Below are positions 18,021 through 29,121 of a DNA stretch of 64,000 bases, piece after piece. The stretch covers positions 768,001-832,000 of the forward strand of contig OZ244744.1 of NCBI GenBank assembly GCA_965219455.1, in the 5' to 3' direction. A program made the position numbers and the translations under genes. Origin of the DNA: Candidatus Latescibacterota bacterium (GTDB lineage Bacteria; Latescibacterota; UBA2968; GCA-2709665). Within the stretch, counting starts at the first letter, position 1, and every line of letters starts with the position of its first letter. The notes beneath the pieces are model-generated. The model was given only the letters and a program-made list of their open reading frames with translations. It was not told where the DNA came from and did not search any database.

Positions 18021-19610
18021 GTGTCAGCCACATTTGAGGAGGCCGCTGTCGTCGGCCAGCCCGAAGCCGACGCCGCAGCCGTCAACATATTAAAAAAGGG
18101 AGGTAATGCCGTTGATGCAGCCGTCACGGCCGCCCTGCTCGCCTGCGTGGTCACGCCGCACCACACGGGAATCGGCGGCTACGGTGGCGCTCTCATGATT
18201 TATATGAACGGGGAGATCGGCTGCATCGACTTCAACACCGTCGCTCCCGGGGCCGCCACGAGCAGAATGTTCCAGGTTGCCCGGTCCGACGGACGCTTCG
18301 GGTCGTTGGTCAGGAGTCGGGCCAACGAGATCGGCTGTCTCGCGATTTCCGTACCCGGCGTACTCGCCGGCCTGGCCGCGGCTCTTGAAAAATATGGCAA
18401 AATACAGCTGGATCAGGCGCTTGCTCCGGCCATTCGGGCCTGCAAGAACGGCTTTCGGGTTTCGCCCGAGTACGCGGACGCCGTCGGAGCGAACGAAAAA
18501 CGCATCCGCACGTTCCCGGACACCGAAAGGCTGCTGCTGGTCGACGGTTCGCCGCCAACTACCAGTGACAGGGCAGCCAATCCGAGTTTGGGGCGGATCC
18601 TCGAACAGGTCGCCAAGAACGGCATCGATGAGTTCTACCGGGGAAGAATCGCAGGCAGAATTGTCAAATACATCCAGGAAAACGGCGGCATACTGACGGA
18701 AGACGACTTCGCGAACTACCAGGCCCGCCACGTCGAACCCGCCCACACCTCGTGTCTGGGTTACGACCTATACACCGCTCCCCTTTGTTCCAGCGGCCTC
18801 ACCGTACTTCAAATGTGCCGCGTTGCCGAAGTGGCCGAACTGGATCTCTGGGCTCGCGACGCCGCGCGGCTCGCCCACGGCATGACCGAAACCATCCGCG
18901 CCGCGTGGCTGGACCGCTACCGGTATTTCGGTGACCCCGGATTTGTCAAGGTGCCGCTCGAAACCCTTACGTCAGATATTCAGATCGGAGCAACGGGCCG
19001 TGAGATCGCAGATCACGTGTCGGAAGGCACACGCGGGCAGGCGCTGTTACGCCCGCTCTCTTACGGCGGCACGACCCACATCTCCGTCGTAGACCGCGAC
19101 CGCAATATGGCTTCCCTCACCCTTACACACGGTCCCGGTTTCGGCTCATTTGTCACCGTCCCCAGAACAGGACTGATCATGAATGCCGGCATGTCCCGCT
19201 TCGACCCCGGCTCCGGCCTGCCCAACTCTGTGGACGCGGGCAAGTCGCCCATCAACAACATGTGCCCCATGCTCATACTCAGCGACGGCGAACCCATGAT
19301 GACACTTGGCGCGTCGGGAGGCACCCGCATCCCGTCCTCCCTGTTTCAGGTGCTCGCACGGCGTCTGGTGCTCGATGAGGACCTGGACTGGGCGGTCAGT
19401 GCGCCAAGAGTGCACTCCGAAGGCAACGAATGGGTCACGCTGGAAGAAGGGTTCGGAGAAATCGCGCCCAACTACCTGAAGTCGGAAGTCAAATACACGC
19501 TGGGCAGGGGCAGCGCGGCCGCCCACGTCAGAGCCATCGAAATCACCGAGGACGACGAACTTCTCGCCACGCTCGATCCCAGAATCCGGGGCAAAGAAAA
19601 AGGGATTTGA
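18021..19610 (+). CDS. ggt: Gamma-glutamyltransferase family protein
   Basis: GGNAVDAAV, GIGGYG, VPG..AG, nucleophile motif TTHISVVD, GASGG.RI, APRVH. Confidence 0.92.
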   Translation: MSATFEEAAVVGQPEADAAAVNILKKGGNAVDAAVTAALLACVVTPHHTGIGGYGGALMIYMNGEIGCIDFNTVAPGAATSRMFQVARSDGRFGSLVRSRANEIGCLAISVPGVLAGLAAALEKYGKIQLDQALAPAIRACKNGFRVSPEYADAVGANEKRIRTFPDTERLLLVDGSPPTTSDRAANPSLGRILEQVAKNGIDEFYRGRIAGRIVKYIQENGGILTEDDFANYQARHVEPAHTSCLGYDLYTAPLCSSGLTVLQMCRVAEVAELDLWARDAARLAHGMTETIRAAWLDRYRYFGDPGFVKVPLETLTSDIQIGATGREIADHVSEGTRGQALLRPLSYGGTTHISVVDRDRNMASLTLTHGPGFGSFVTVPRTGLIMNAGMSRFDPGSGLPNSVDAGKSPINNMCPMLILSDGEPMMTLGASGGTRIPSSLFQVLARRLVLDEDLDWAVSAPRVHSEGNEWVTLEEGFGEIAPNYLKSEVKYTLGRGSAAAHVRAIEITEDDELLATLDPRIRGKEKGI

Positions 19611-19734
19611 CGAGCCCGGGAGCACTCATCGCTCGATCCGGAGACGGCTACAGGCGCCAGAGGGTTGCATTGGTAACCCGAATTTCCGGAAAAAATGACA
19701 GCAAATACTTGAAAAACAAGGATATGTGTCCCGA

Positions 19735-20859
19735 ATGAAGACATTTCCCTTTGGCAGCGGCCGTCCCGACCCGACGTCCTTTCCCAATCGGGGCCTGGCA
19801 GAAGCCGCCATGCGCATTCTGCCGGAGCTGGGCGATGAACTGGCCTGTTATCCCGGTTCGCTGGGATACGAACCTCTCAGGAAACTGATGTCTCAGAGGT
19901 TCGCGCACCGGGAAGGCGTTGCCCTGCCCGTCGATCAGGTTGTCCTCACCACGGGCTCCATGCAGGCGGTTACGCTGATGGCGCAGGTATTCGTCGAGTC
20001 GCCCGGCGACGTGATTGTGCTCGAGGAATACTCATACTCGGGCACCCTGGGCGCCTACCGTAAAGAAAAGGCGGAACTCGTCGGCATCCCGTTGGATGAG
20101 TACGGCATGCGGATGGACGCCCTGGAAGGAACACTGGGCGACCTGGTTTCCCGGAACAGAAAACCGAAATTCATCTACACTCTGCCAACCTACCAGAACC
20201 CCACGGGTTCGATTATGCCGCTCGGCCGGCGGCGTGAACTGCTGGCCATTGCAGGCCGTTACGGTATACCGGTGGTTGAAGACCACTGTTACGCCGACAC
20301 CGTTTACGAAGACGATCACCAACCCGCCCTGTGGACACTCGAGCATGAGACGCCGGTGATCCACATCGAATCCCTTTCCAAAATCCTGGGGCCTGGAGTC
20401 CGTCTGGGTTATCTTGCAGCGCCTCGAGATCTGCTCGACCAGATTCTTCAGTATCGGCGGGACGGAGGCACAAGCGCGCTCAGCGCCGCCATCGTCTGCG
20501 AATATTTCAGAGAGAAACTCTGGCCGCACGTAGACAGGATCAACGCCATCGTCAGGGAAAAACGCGATCTGATGTTTCACGCGCTGTTGCGTTTCCCGGA
20601 CGCTTTCGAGTGGTTCAGCCGGCCCAAGGGCGGTCTCTTTATCTGGGTCAAGTTGCCCGACGCCACCGACACCGTTGCCTGTGAACAGCTTGCCGAGTCA
20701 ATGGGCGTCGACTACGCGTCCGGCAAAGCCTTCCACGTGTACAATATGGACGTGCCGTACATCCGACTCGCGTTCGGTTTTGCAACACACGACGATATCC
20801 GCAAGGGCATACCAATTCTGGCCGACTGTATTAGAAACAGCCGGAAAACGCCGGCTTGA
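19735..20859 (+). CDS. PLP-dependent aminotransferase class I/II (2-aminoadipate transaminase/MocR-type catalytic domain)
   Basis: G.PD, TTGS.QA, YQNPTG, VED..Y, SLSKILGPGVRLG, GGLFIW. Alternative start at GTG 19726. Confidence 0.9.
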   Translation: MKTFPFGSGRPDPTSFPNRGLAEAAMRILPELGDELACYPGSLGYEPLRKLMSQRFAHREGVALPVDQVVLTTGSMQAVTLMAQVFVESPGDVIVLEEYSYSGTLGAYRKEKAELVGIPLDEYGMRMDALEGTLGDLVSRNRKPKFIYTLPTYQNPTGSIMPLGRRRELLAIAGRYGIPVVEDHCYADTVYEDDHQPALWTLEHETPVIHIESLSKILGPGVRLGYLAAPRDLLDQILQYRRDGGTSALSAAIVCEYFREKLWPHVDRINAIVREKRDLMFHALLRFPDAFEWFSRPKGGLFIWVKLPDATDTVACEQLAESMGVDYASGKAFHVYNMDVPYIRLAFGFATHDDIRKGIPILADCIRNSRKTPA

Positions 20860-20896
20860 ACGCATCACTCGCAGCCCGTACGGAGGAGGTCCTGGA

Positions 20897-21691
20897 TTGA
20901 ATACACATGCCACGGTGCCCCGACCCGCGCCAATTCCCGGTGTCAGGCACCTGATCGCCGTAGCCAGCGGCAAGGGCGGCGTGGGAAAATCCACCACGGC
21001 CGCCAATCTCTGCGTGGCGCTTGCACAGCAGGGCGCCGCGGTGGGTCTCATGGATGCGGACATCTACGGTCCCAATGTTCCCATCATGATGGGCGTAAAC
21101 GAAACACCGGACATAGACGCGAACGGCGGCATTGTTCCCCTTGAACGTCACGATGTAAAAATGATCTCCCTGGGTCTGATTACCGAAGCGGGCGCCCCGG
21201 TGATCTGGCGCGGTCCGATGCTGGCCAAAATGGTGATACAATTCCTCCGGGACGTAGCCTGGGCGCCTCTGGACTTTCTTGTCATCGATCTGCCGCCTGG
21301 AACGGGCGATGTCCAGCTGACCCTGATTCAATCCGCCCGCCTGGACGGCGCCGTTATTGTCACAACGCCGCAATCCGTGGCGCTCGAGGACGTACGTCGC
21401 GGCATCCAGATGTTCAACACGGTGGACGTCCCGGTTCTTGGTATCGTCGAAAACATGAGCGTGTACATATGCGGCAACTGCAATACTCAAACCGACATCT
21501 TCGGGCAGGGCGGCGGCAAAGAAATGGCTGCGGAATATAGCGTGCCGCTTCTTGGCGAAATCCCTCTGGACATGCGGATACGCAGGGGCGGAGATACCGG
21601 CGCTCCAATTACAGCCTCCGACCCGGATTCCCCGATCTCCCGGCGTTACGTCGAAATCGCGTCAAGCGTCAGAAAGGCCGTGGAAAGATAG
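20897..21691 (+). CDS. apbC: Mrp/NBP35 family Fe-S cluster carrier ATPase (ApbC), lacking the N-terminal DUF59 domain
   Basis: SGKGGVGKST, DADIYGP, WRGPM, DLPPGTGD, ENMS..CxxC. TTG start after GGAGGAGG. Confidence 0.93.
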   Translation: MNTHATVPRPAPIPGVRHLIAVASGKGGVGKSTTAANLCVALAQQGAAVGLMDADIYGPNVPIMMGVNETPDIDANGGIVPLERHDVKMISLGLITEAGAPVIWRGPMLAKMVIQFLRDVAWAPLDFLVIDLPPGTGDVQLTLIQSARLDGAVIVTTPQSVALEDVRRGIQMFNTVDVPVLGIVENMSVYICGNCNTQTDIFGQGGGKEMAAEYSVPLLGEIPLDMRIRRGGDTGAPITASDPDSPISRRYVEIASSVRKAVER

Positions 21692-22096
21692 CGTTTCGGA
21701 CAATCATCCGGTGCAGCGGAATCCCGCGCGCGCCGGCCCTCCGTAAGTCGTGGAATCGTCCGTACAGGAAACAGGATAACCCGGGCGCAAACGGACGGTG
21801 CGTCCGGCCTGAACTTCCCGGTACCAGACCAATATACGGACCCCCGCTCGCCTGGGCCGTCGAATTTATGACGGCCCAACGGCTTTTTACGAAACATCCG
21901 GGCTGTCTGGGGAGTCAAAGACTGTGGTAAATTTCACCTTGAACAGGCGCCGCCTGAACGGATGGTAAAATAGAAACCCGGGAAAGGGCTCGGAAACCGT
22001 AACCGGGCCCACGCCCGCTAACGTTCCCGCCGCACGAGGTCCTCAATTGCACTTGCTGCCGCGGGATGGCCGCATATCGCCCACAAGGATTTACGG

Positions 22097-23293
22097 ATGA
22101 CGGAAATACGGATTTCAAAATATCTTGTTGTACTGGCCGCGGTTTTTGCCGGCTACGCACTCACGGGGTGCGGTGGCGATAAAGCCAAGGGAGAAAGTAA
22201 AACCGAAGCCGCGGCCGATTCCACAAAGGTCGACTCGACGGCGGTAGACACGGCCAAAGTCTCAAAGAAGAAAGAGAAACAGACGCCGGAGGGCGTGCCC
22301 GTAAAGATTCATCGCGTTCAACAAGGGCCGATTTCCTCATACATGGTTTACAACGCAAAGGTCGAGGCCAAAGAGACCGTGGACGTTTACGCCCACGGAA
22401 CCGGGCTCGTCAAACGCGTGCTGGCCGAAGAGGGCGATCGGGTCGAAGTGGACCAGGTCCTCGTCCACCTTGTCGACCGCGAACTGAAGCTCTCTGAAGC
22501 GGAAGCCAAAATCGCATACCTTAAATTGGAGAGCAACTTCAAACGTCGCAAGGAAATCTATTCCAAAAACCTGCTCTCCAAACAAGACTACGAAGGTGAC
22601 GGATTCGACCTGGAACAGGCCAAAATTCAGTGGCAACGCGCCCAACTCAACCTGGATCACGCGTTGGTCCGATCTCCTATAACCGGGGTCGTGGCCGAAC
22701 GGATCGTGAAATTGGGCGACCGTATCGGACCGTCAACCAAGCTCTATGTTCTGGTCAACATGCACAACCTGATATCCAGAGCACACATACCCGGGGGAGA
22801 ACTGCGTAACGTCTCGGTCGGACAGCTCGCCCGCATCACGACAAATCTCATGCCCGATGTTAATTTTCCCGGTCGCATTATTCGCATCAGCCCGGTTGTC
22901 GATCCGAACAGCGGCACCTTCAGGGTAACACTGGCAATTGACGACGACGCCGGCAGCTTGCGTCCAGGGATGTTCGTCACGACGCGGATCGTTGCCGCCA
23001 CCCACGAACAGGCTTTTCTGGTGCCCAAACGCGCCATCGTCTACGATGACGGGCATCCTCATGTGTTCGTGGTTCAGGACAGCACCGCACGTAAAGTTCA
23101 GCTCGAACTGGGGTTTGAAGACACCGAAAACCTGGAAGTTCTCAGCGGCGTCTCGCAGGGCGACAGCATCGTGGTCGTGGGCCAGAATGGCCTCAAGGAC
23201 CTGGCCAGAGTCCGGGTGATCGAGGGCAAAGGCCTGCGCATTCCGGCCAAACCGGATACCACGGAGCAAAAGGCCCGGGAAACCCAGGAATAA
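22097..23293 (+). CDS. RND efflux periplasmic adaptor subunit (lipoprotein)
   Basis: Lipobox LTGC, SPITGVV, ISPVVDP.SGT, LRPGMF, VPKRAI. Confidence 0.93.
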   Translation: MTEIRISKYLVVLAAVFAGYALTGCGGDKAKGESKTEAAADSTKVDSTAVDTAKVSKKKEKQTPEGVPVKIHRVQQGPISSYMVYNAKVEAKETVDVYAHGTGLVKRVLAEEGDRVEVDQVLVHLVDRELKLSEAEAKIAYLKLESNFKRRKEIYSKNLLSKQDYEGDGFDLEQAKIQWQRAQLNLDHALVRSPITGVVAERIVKLGDRIGPSTKLYVLVNMHNLISRAHIPGGELRNVSVGQLARITTNLMPDVNFPGRIIRISPVVDPNSGTFRVTLAIDDDAGSLRPGMFVTTRIVAATHEQAFLVPKRAIVYDDGHPHVFVVQDSTARKVQLELGFEDTENLEVLSGVSQGDSIVVVGQNGLKDLARVRVIEGKGLRIPAKPDTTEQKARETQE

Positions 23294-23367
23294 GGCACAC
23301 ACCGAGGTAGTAACGGCCCAGGTGCGCCCGCTGCGCGTCGACGCGGCTGATTGAGGACTCAGAAAAT

Positions 23368-26300
23368 ATGGTTGACGACTCCGCAGGCGCCGATTCACGA
23401 AATTCCCTTTCCCGATCCAGGACGCAGATCTCCCGCACTTTCGAAATAACCACCCGCAGGCCGGTGGCCATTTTTATGGTCGTCCTCGCCATCGCGGTCT
23501 TCGGCTATATTTCCTACCAGCAGCTGCCGCTCACCCTGATGCCGGACATTTCCTACCCCACCCTCACGATCCGCACGGACTATCCCGATACCGCGCCCGA
23601 GGAAGTCGAAAACCTGATCTCAAGGAAAATAGAACAGCGGCTGGGGGTTGTCAACAATCTGGCGAGCATTGTATCCATTTCCCGTGCCGGGATGTCGGAC
23701 GTCATCCTGGAATTCGGCTGGGGCACGGATATGAACGACGCGGTACAGACCGTGCGGGAAAACCTGGACCGGCTGGGCCTGCCGCGGGGCGTCAATAAAC
23801 CGCTGATATTGCGTTACGATCCCACGCAGGATCCCATAATGCGTATCGGTCTCTACGGCGATGCCGATTTATATGCGCTCCGGCTTATTGCCGAAGAAGA
23901 AGTCAAGCAGGCGCTGGAGGCAATGAAAGGGGTCGCCGCGGCCCGCGTCCACGGCGGCCTCGAAGAAGAAATCCGTGTCGAAATCAACGAACGGCGACTC
24001 TCCCTGATAGGGCTCGGCATCGGCGACATCAACCGGCGCCTCCGCGAAGAGAACGTCAACCTCGCCGGCGGCAGTCTGTTGGACGGGCAGACCCAGTACA
24101 TGGTTCGCACCCTGAACGAATTCCGGACGGTCGACGAAATCCGCGATCTCGTCATCGGACAGAAAAACGGCGCAGACATCCGGCTCAAAGACGTCAGCGA
24201 CATTGTCCGCAGCCATAAAGACCGTGAGATCATCACCCGTGTAAACGGCGTGGAGAGCGTGGAAATCGATATCTTCAAAGAGGCCGACGCAAATATCGTC
24301 GCCACCGCGCAGCGGGTTCGGGATCGATTGTTCGGCACGCGCGAGCAACTGGCCTATGTGAAACGACTCAAAGCCGGAGAAATCAAACGGGCCGAGGCCA
24401 CGGACCGGCGCGCCCAGGTGCGGCAGTTTGTCCAACTCAAGGAAATGACCGGCTTTATCGCCTTTTCCCTGCCGGAAGGACTGCGGGTGGAAGTACTGTC
24501 CGATCAGTCACAATTTATCAAACGATCAATCGACGAAGTCAAACAGACAGCCATAATAGGAGGCATTCTTGCCATCCTGGTGCTTTATGTCTTTCTGCGA
24601 AATCCCTCACATACCGGCATCGTGAGCCTGGCTATCCCGATCTCGATCGTCGCCACGTTTGCTCCCATGAAAATATTCGACGTCTCTTTAAACATTATGT
24701 CTCTGGGAGGCATGGCGCTGGGTATCGGTATGCTTGTCGACAACTCCATTGTCGTGCTGGAGAGCATCTTCCGGTGCCGGGAAGAAGGAGACGACATCGT
24801 TACGGCAGCGGTCCGAGGCACCGGCGAAGTCGGGGGCGCTGTCTTTGCCTCCACGCTCACCACGGTCGCCGTCTTTTTTCCGATTGTCTTCGTCGAAGGC
24901 GTGGCCGGCCAGGTCTTTGGCGATATGTCCCTTACCGTGGTCTTTTCGCTCGTGGCGTCACTCGCTGTCGCACTCTTCTTCATTCCGATGCTGGCTTCCC
25001 GCCAAATCCGGATCGCCGGATCCGGCAGCGGACGCACCGGCTCGTCCGTCGGCGACATGTTCAACTCGGAATTGCTGCAGTTCAAGTCCCTCGCCCGGCT
25101 CAAGAAACTTGCAGGCGACCGGTCACGGACACGCCTTCCGGCCCTGGTGCTTAAGGCCCTCGTTTATGTGCCATGGCTGGTTATGGAATTTATCTGGCGC
25201 ACACTCTGGGTCCTGCTCGCGATCCTGACTGTCATTCTGAAGGCGGTCTGCGTGGTCCTGGCCCCCATCCTGTATTTTCCCGTTGCCGCCCTTGTCCTGA
25301 AGATCCGGAAAAAACCCGCGCATGCCTGGCGAGACCTATGCGCGTGGTCCAAAAACCCGACCCCGTTCGGATCCGGAATTGCACAGGCCATCTGGCACGA
25401 CCTGCTGGTTTTCAACGCCCCGGTCCTGCTTGGCGAAGGCCTCGCGGGCTGCGTGCGATGGACGTGGAGCGCCGGCAGACGCACGTGCAAATGGCCGATG
25501 CGCGGTCGGGGTCTCGCTATTTTCCTGCGTGTTCCTGCGGCCTTCGCGGGCGTTCTTTCTCTTTGCCTGCTCCTCGTGCTCGGGCCTGTCTACTTCGTTC
25601 TGCGATATATCATCTTCCAGACGGTATCCCTGTCGGGCAAGCTGCTGATCCTGCTTCTGATGGTTACCTTTCCGGCCGGAGTGACGGCCGTGGCGCTGTT
25701 GGCCGCCATCGCCATACCCCTGCTCACGCCCGTTATTCACGTCTTTGAAGTCGGCTTCGGCGCCATCAACCGGGTCTATCCTTCCGTCATCCGCTGGGCT
25801 TTGCAAAACCGCCTCACCATCATCGTCATGGCCATCCTGCCACTCTTTCTGTGCTGGTACGTCCTGGTACCCCGCATCGGCCGTGAACTCATCCCGGCCG
25901 TTCACCACGGTGAATTCGACCTGGAACTCTCCATGCCGGTGGGTACGCCCCTGGAACGCACCGAGAAGACCGTAGCCGATGTCGAATCGAGGATTCTGAA
26001 CGAAACTGGCGTTGCACGGATTGCGACCATCGTGGGCGTGGACAAAACCTCAATTTCCACCTCCGACCAGGGAGAACATACCTCGAGGGTCACCATCGTT
26101 GTCTCCGACGAAACTGCAAACGGCGCCGACGACCTGGACCGGCTCTGGCAAGACGTCAGCACGTATCCAAAAAGAGTCTGGGCTGGCATTTCCGGCAATA
26201 CGTTGCTGGCGAAACGCGAGTCCGATCTCATGACCCGGTTACGGGACAGTCTGGGCGATATCCCACAGGTTACGGTCGACTTCTCACGTCCGGCCCTGTT

Positions 26301-27369
26301 TACTTTCAAAACGCCGGTAGAGTTGGAAATCCGAGGCTACGACCTCGGCATTCTCGCCAGTCTGGGGCGGAACGTGGAACGCGCCCTTTCGGGAATTCCC
26401 GGGTTATACGATGTGAAATCCAGTCTCCAGCGTGGGAGTCCGGAAGTACAGATTGTCTACCGCCGGGACCTGCTGGCCTCCTATGGCCTCAATCTGCGAA
26501 GCGTAGCCACCCTGGTTCGAGAAAAAGTGCAGGGTGACGTGGTCACCCGGTTCCGGGAGGCCGACCGCCACATCGATGTTCTGGTTCGCGTAGACGAAGC
26601 CGATCGATCCGGCGTGTCCGATCTGAAACGCCTGGTGGTCAACCCCGACGGCGAGGCCCCCATCTACCTTTCCGCCGTCGCCGATATACAGGTACGGGAG
26701 GGCCCCAGCGAGATCCGGCGCATCGACCAGCAACGCGCGGTGCTGATATCGGCCAACGTCGCCGGTATCGATCTGGGAACCGCAACCGTACTGATCCAGC
26801 AGGCCCTGGAGGATATCGACATTCCTGCAGACGTATCCTTTGTCATCGGCGGCCAGAACCGGGAAATGCAGACCTCGATGCAAAGCCTGATCTTCGCTCT
26901 GTGTCTGGCAGTCTTTCTGGTTTACATCGTCATGGCCTCCCAGTTTGAATCCTTTGTCCATCCCTTTGTCATCATTTTCACGATTCCTCTGGCGCTGATC
27001 GGCGTTCTTCTCACCCTCTTTGTTACCGGTATCTCGTTCAGCGTCGTGGTTTTCCTGGGTCTGATCATGCTGGCCGGAATTGTCGTCAACAACGCCATCG
27101 TCTTTGTCGACTACATCAACCATCTGCGCGCCAACGGCCGATCCAAGGCCGACGCGATCGTACAGGCCGGCTCGGTGCGGCTGCGCCCGATCCTGATGAC
27201 AACCGCAACCACCGTACTGGGACTCTTGCCCATGGCTCTGGGTCTGGGCGAAGGCTCGGAGATCCGAACTCCCATGGCCATCACCGTGGTTGCCGGCCTC
27301 ATCAGTTCAACCGCGCTCACGCTTATTGTCATCCCAACCGTCTATTCGCTCCTGGATCGAGGGGATTGA
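23368..27369 (+). CDS. RND efflux transporter permease (AcrB/AcrD/AcrF family), unusually long (1333 aa)
   Basis: RRPVA, PDISYP, APEEVE, GMLVDNSIVVLE, ASQFES, GIVVNNAI, RLRPILMT. Confidence 0.95.
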   Translation: MVDDSAGADSRNSLSRSRTQISRTFEITTRRPVAIFMVVLAIAVFGYISYQQLPLTLMPDISYPTLTIRTDYPDTAPEEVENLISRKIEQRLGVVNNLASIVSISRAGMSDVILEFGWGTDMNDAVQTVRENLDRLGLPRGVNKPLILRYDPTQDPIMRIGLYGDADLYALRLIAEEEVKQALEAMKGVAAARVHGGLEEEIRVEINERRLSLIGLGIGDINRRLREENVNLAGGSLLDGQTQYMVRTLNEFRTVDEIRDLVIGQKNGADIRLKDVSDIVRSHKDREIITRVNGVESVEIDIFKEADANIVATAQRVRDRLFGTREQLAYVKRLKAGEIKRAEATDRRAQVRQFVQLKEMTGFIAFSLPEGLRVEVLSDQSQFIKRSIDEVKQTAIIGGILAILVLYVFLRNPSHTGIVSLAIPISIVATFAPMKIFDVSLNIMSLGGMALGIGMLVDNSIVVLESIFRCREEGDDIVTAAVRGTGEVGGAVFASTLTTVAVFFPIVFVEGVAGQVFGDMSLTVVFSLVASLAVALFFIPMLASRQIRIAGSGSGRTGSSVGDMFNSELLQFKSLARLKKLAGDRSRTRLPALVLKALVYVPWLVMEFIWRTLWVLLAILTVILKAVCVVLAPILYFPVAALVLKIRKKPAHAWRDLCAWSKNPTPFGSGIAQAIWHDLLVFNAPVLLGEGLAGCVRWTWSAGRRTCKWPMRGRGLAIFLRVPAAFAGVLSLCLLLVLGPVYFVLRYIIFQTVSLSGKLLILLLMVTFPAGVTAVALLAAIAIPLLTPVIHVFEVGFGAINRVYPSVIRWALQNRLTIIVMAILPLFLCWYVLVPRIGRELIPAVHHGEFDLELSMPVGTPLERTEKTVADVESRILNETGVARIATIVGVDKTSISTSDQGEHTSRVTIVVSDETANGADDLDRLWQDVSTYPKRVWAGISGNTLLAKRESDLMTRLRDSLGDIPQVTVDFSRPALFTFKTPVELEIRGYDLGILASLGRNVERALSGIPGLYDVKSSLQRGSPEVQIVYRRDLLASYGLNLRSVATLVREKVQGDVVTRFREADRHIDVLVRVDEADRSGVSDLKRLVVNPDGEAPIYLSAVADIQVREGPSEIRRIDQQRAVLISANVAGIDLGTATVLIQQALEDIDIPADVSFVIGGQNREMQTSMQSLIFALCLAVFLVYIVMASQFESFVHPFVIIFTIPLALIGVLLTLFVTGISFSVVVFLGLIMLAGIVVNNAIVFVDYINHLRANGRSKADAIVQAGSVRLRPILMTTATTVLGLLPMALGLGEGSEIRTPMAITVVAGLISSTALTLIVIPTVYSLLDRGD

Positions 27370-27407
27370 CACGCCTGGGTCAGGATCTGGCGGGCGGCAT
27401 ACACGCG

Positions 27408-27437
27408 CGCATAAGGCGCCTCGATGCGCCTTATGCG
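27408..27437. repeat. Perfect 12-bp inverted repeat downstream of the RND permease
   Basis: CGCATAAGGCGC-ctcgat-GCGCCTTATGCG with no U-tract. Confidence 0.6.
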
Positions 27438-27575
27438 AACCCACGGCGCGTTCCCGTCAATTCGGAACCTCCGCGGAAAATCAAGCTCTTCATTCTCGGA
27501 AGTTTTCGCTTTCCTTTTCTCCTGAATTCTGTTTTCTTTGTAATTCGTCATCCGCGACGGCAAGCAATTTACCGG

Positions 27576-27602
27576 TAACTTTTTCCGTTTTACGTTGTCT
27601 AA
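27576..27602 (+). promoter_or_regulatory. Possible ECF (sigmaE-like) promoter upstream of tolC
   Basis: TAACTT-N16-TCTAA resembles the GAACTT-N16-TCTRA consensus. Confidence 0.35.
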
Positions 27603-27702
27603 ATGAATGACCGACATCCCGCCGGTCTGAAGCAAACCAATTGTTCCCGTTTTTCCAGGACATCGAAAGGGCTGTGAAGAGATGAATTCAGGAGTGCCCT
27701 GT

Positions 27703-29079
27703 ATGTCACGTATGCTGAGAACCGCGCTGCTGGTCACCACTGCCGCGGTCATTTCTTCGCCGGTCGCGGCCGAGGAAACGGCATCCAGAGAAATGCACCT
27801 CAGTCTCTCCGAATGCGTCGAAATCGCTCTGGGCAACAACCCTGCGATTACCCTATCCCGCTTCTCGCGGGAGGTCGCTGTCGCCCGGATCGACCAGAGT
27901 CGAAACGCCTTCCTTCCATCGCTGAGCAGCAACTACGGAATTTCGAGAAGTGTCACGGGCCCACGGGACGGGGCTATTTTCGATCAAACAACGCAGACAA
28001 TCATCACCACCCTGGGCGAAGACCGTGTGGGTGGGGCCCAATCGGTGGGGTCGAGTATGAGCCTTACTATTTTCAACGCTGCCAATCTTGCCAATCTATC
28101 GGCCAGCAAGAAGACTGCGCGGGCGGCGGAAATGGACCTGTCCGGCAGCCGCCACCAGACGGTTTTTGAGGTAAAACAACGTTATTTCATCCTTCTCCAG
28201 CAAATGGAGCAGCTGGAACTGGCGAAAGAGCAGGTCAGCGTTTCGGAAGAGACCCTCCGCCGCGAAAATACGCTGTATGAGATCGGCTCCTCCACCATTT
28301 CGTTCGTCTTCGGCGCCGAATCTCAGTTGGCTCGTTTTCGCGTTGAACTCATCGCCAGGGAAAACGACGTTGCCACTGCCCGCTCACTGCTGGCGTTTTC
28401 CCTCGGACTCAGTCCCGACGTTAACATCTATCCAACCGAGAAGACGTTTTCGGTTTTGCCCCCGCCCATCACCTACCAGGAGTCGTTGAGGCGGGCGCTA
28501 AAGGGGAATCCCGAGATCCTGGCGCAAAAACACAGAATGCTTGCCAGCAGGGACCAACTGAGAGCCACGAAATACAGCGTGCGTTTCCCGAGCATTTCCG
28601 GAAGCGCACGGTACGGCTGGCAGTTGAACCGGGGGGAGAGTTTTGCGGGCGTGGAAGATCTCTTTGTCAAGAACTACTCGTACAGCGCGAGCATCAACGT
28701 CAGCCTCCCGATTTTCAACAGATTGAATACCATAAACGAAATCAAGATCCAGAAATTGGAGTACCTGAGAAGCCGGGAGCAACACGACCAGGCGAAACGC
28801 CAGAGAGAGATGGACATCAAGCTGTCGTTCCTGAACCTCGAACGTCTTCGCCAGAGCATCGCCGCGAACGAAGCCGCCGTGAAGGCCGCCGAGGAAGTCT
28901 TCAGGCTTGAGGGCCAGCGTTACAACCTGGGCGGCGGCACTTTTCTCGAACGACAAACAGCTCAATTTCAACTATTTACGGCCCAAAATCAGCTTGTTCA
29001 GGCCAGGTTCCAATACCAGATTGAATTGGCCCAGTTGGAACAGCACGTAGGAGGACCCCTTGTTCAGACCGGGGAATGA
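27703..29079 (+). CDS. TolC family outer membrane efflux protein
   Basis: Signal peptide, LSL.E.V..AL.NNP, two OEP repeats, VSLPIFN. Adjacent to the RND genes, with an AGGAG RBS. Confidence 0.92.
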   Translation: MSRMLRTALLVTTAAVISSPVAAEETASREMHLSLSECVEIALGNNPAITLSRFSREVAVARIDQSRNAFLPSLSSNYGISRSVTGPRDGAIFDQTTQTIITTLGEDRVGGAQSVGSSMSLTIFNAANLANLSASKKTARAAEMDLSGSRHQTVFEVKQRYFILLQQMEQLELAKEQVSVSEETLRRENTLYEIGSSTISFVFGAESQLARFRVELIARENDVATARSLLAFSLGLSPDVNIYPTEKTFSVLPPPITYQESLRRALKGNPEILAQKHRMLASRDQLRATKYSVRFPSISGSARYGWQLNRGESFAGVEDLFVKNYSYSASINVSLPIFNRLNTINEIKIQKLEYLRSREQHDQAKRQREMDIKLSFLNLERLRQSIAANEAAVKAAEEVFRLEGQRYNLGGGTFLERQTAQFQLFTAQNQLVQARFQYQIELAQLEQHVGGPLVQTGE

Positions 29080-29121
29080 ACGGAACATCCGGTAAAGTTG
29101 ATTCGTATTGCGGAGGATTAT

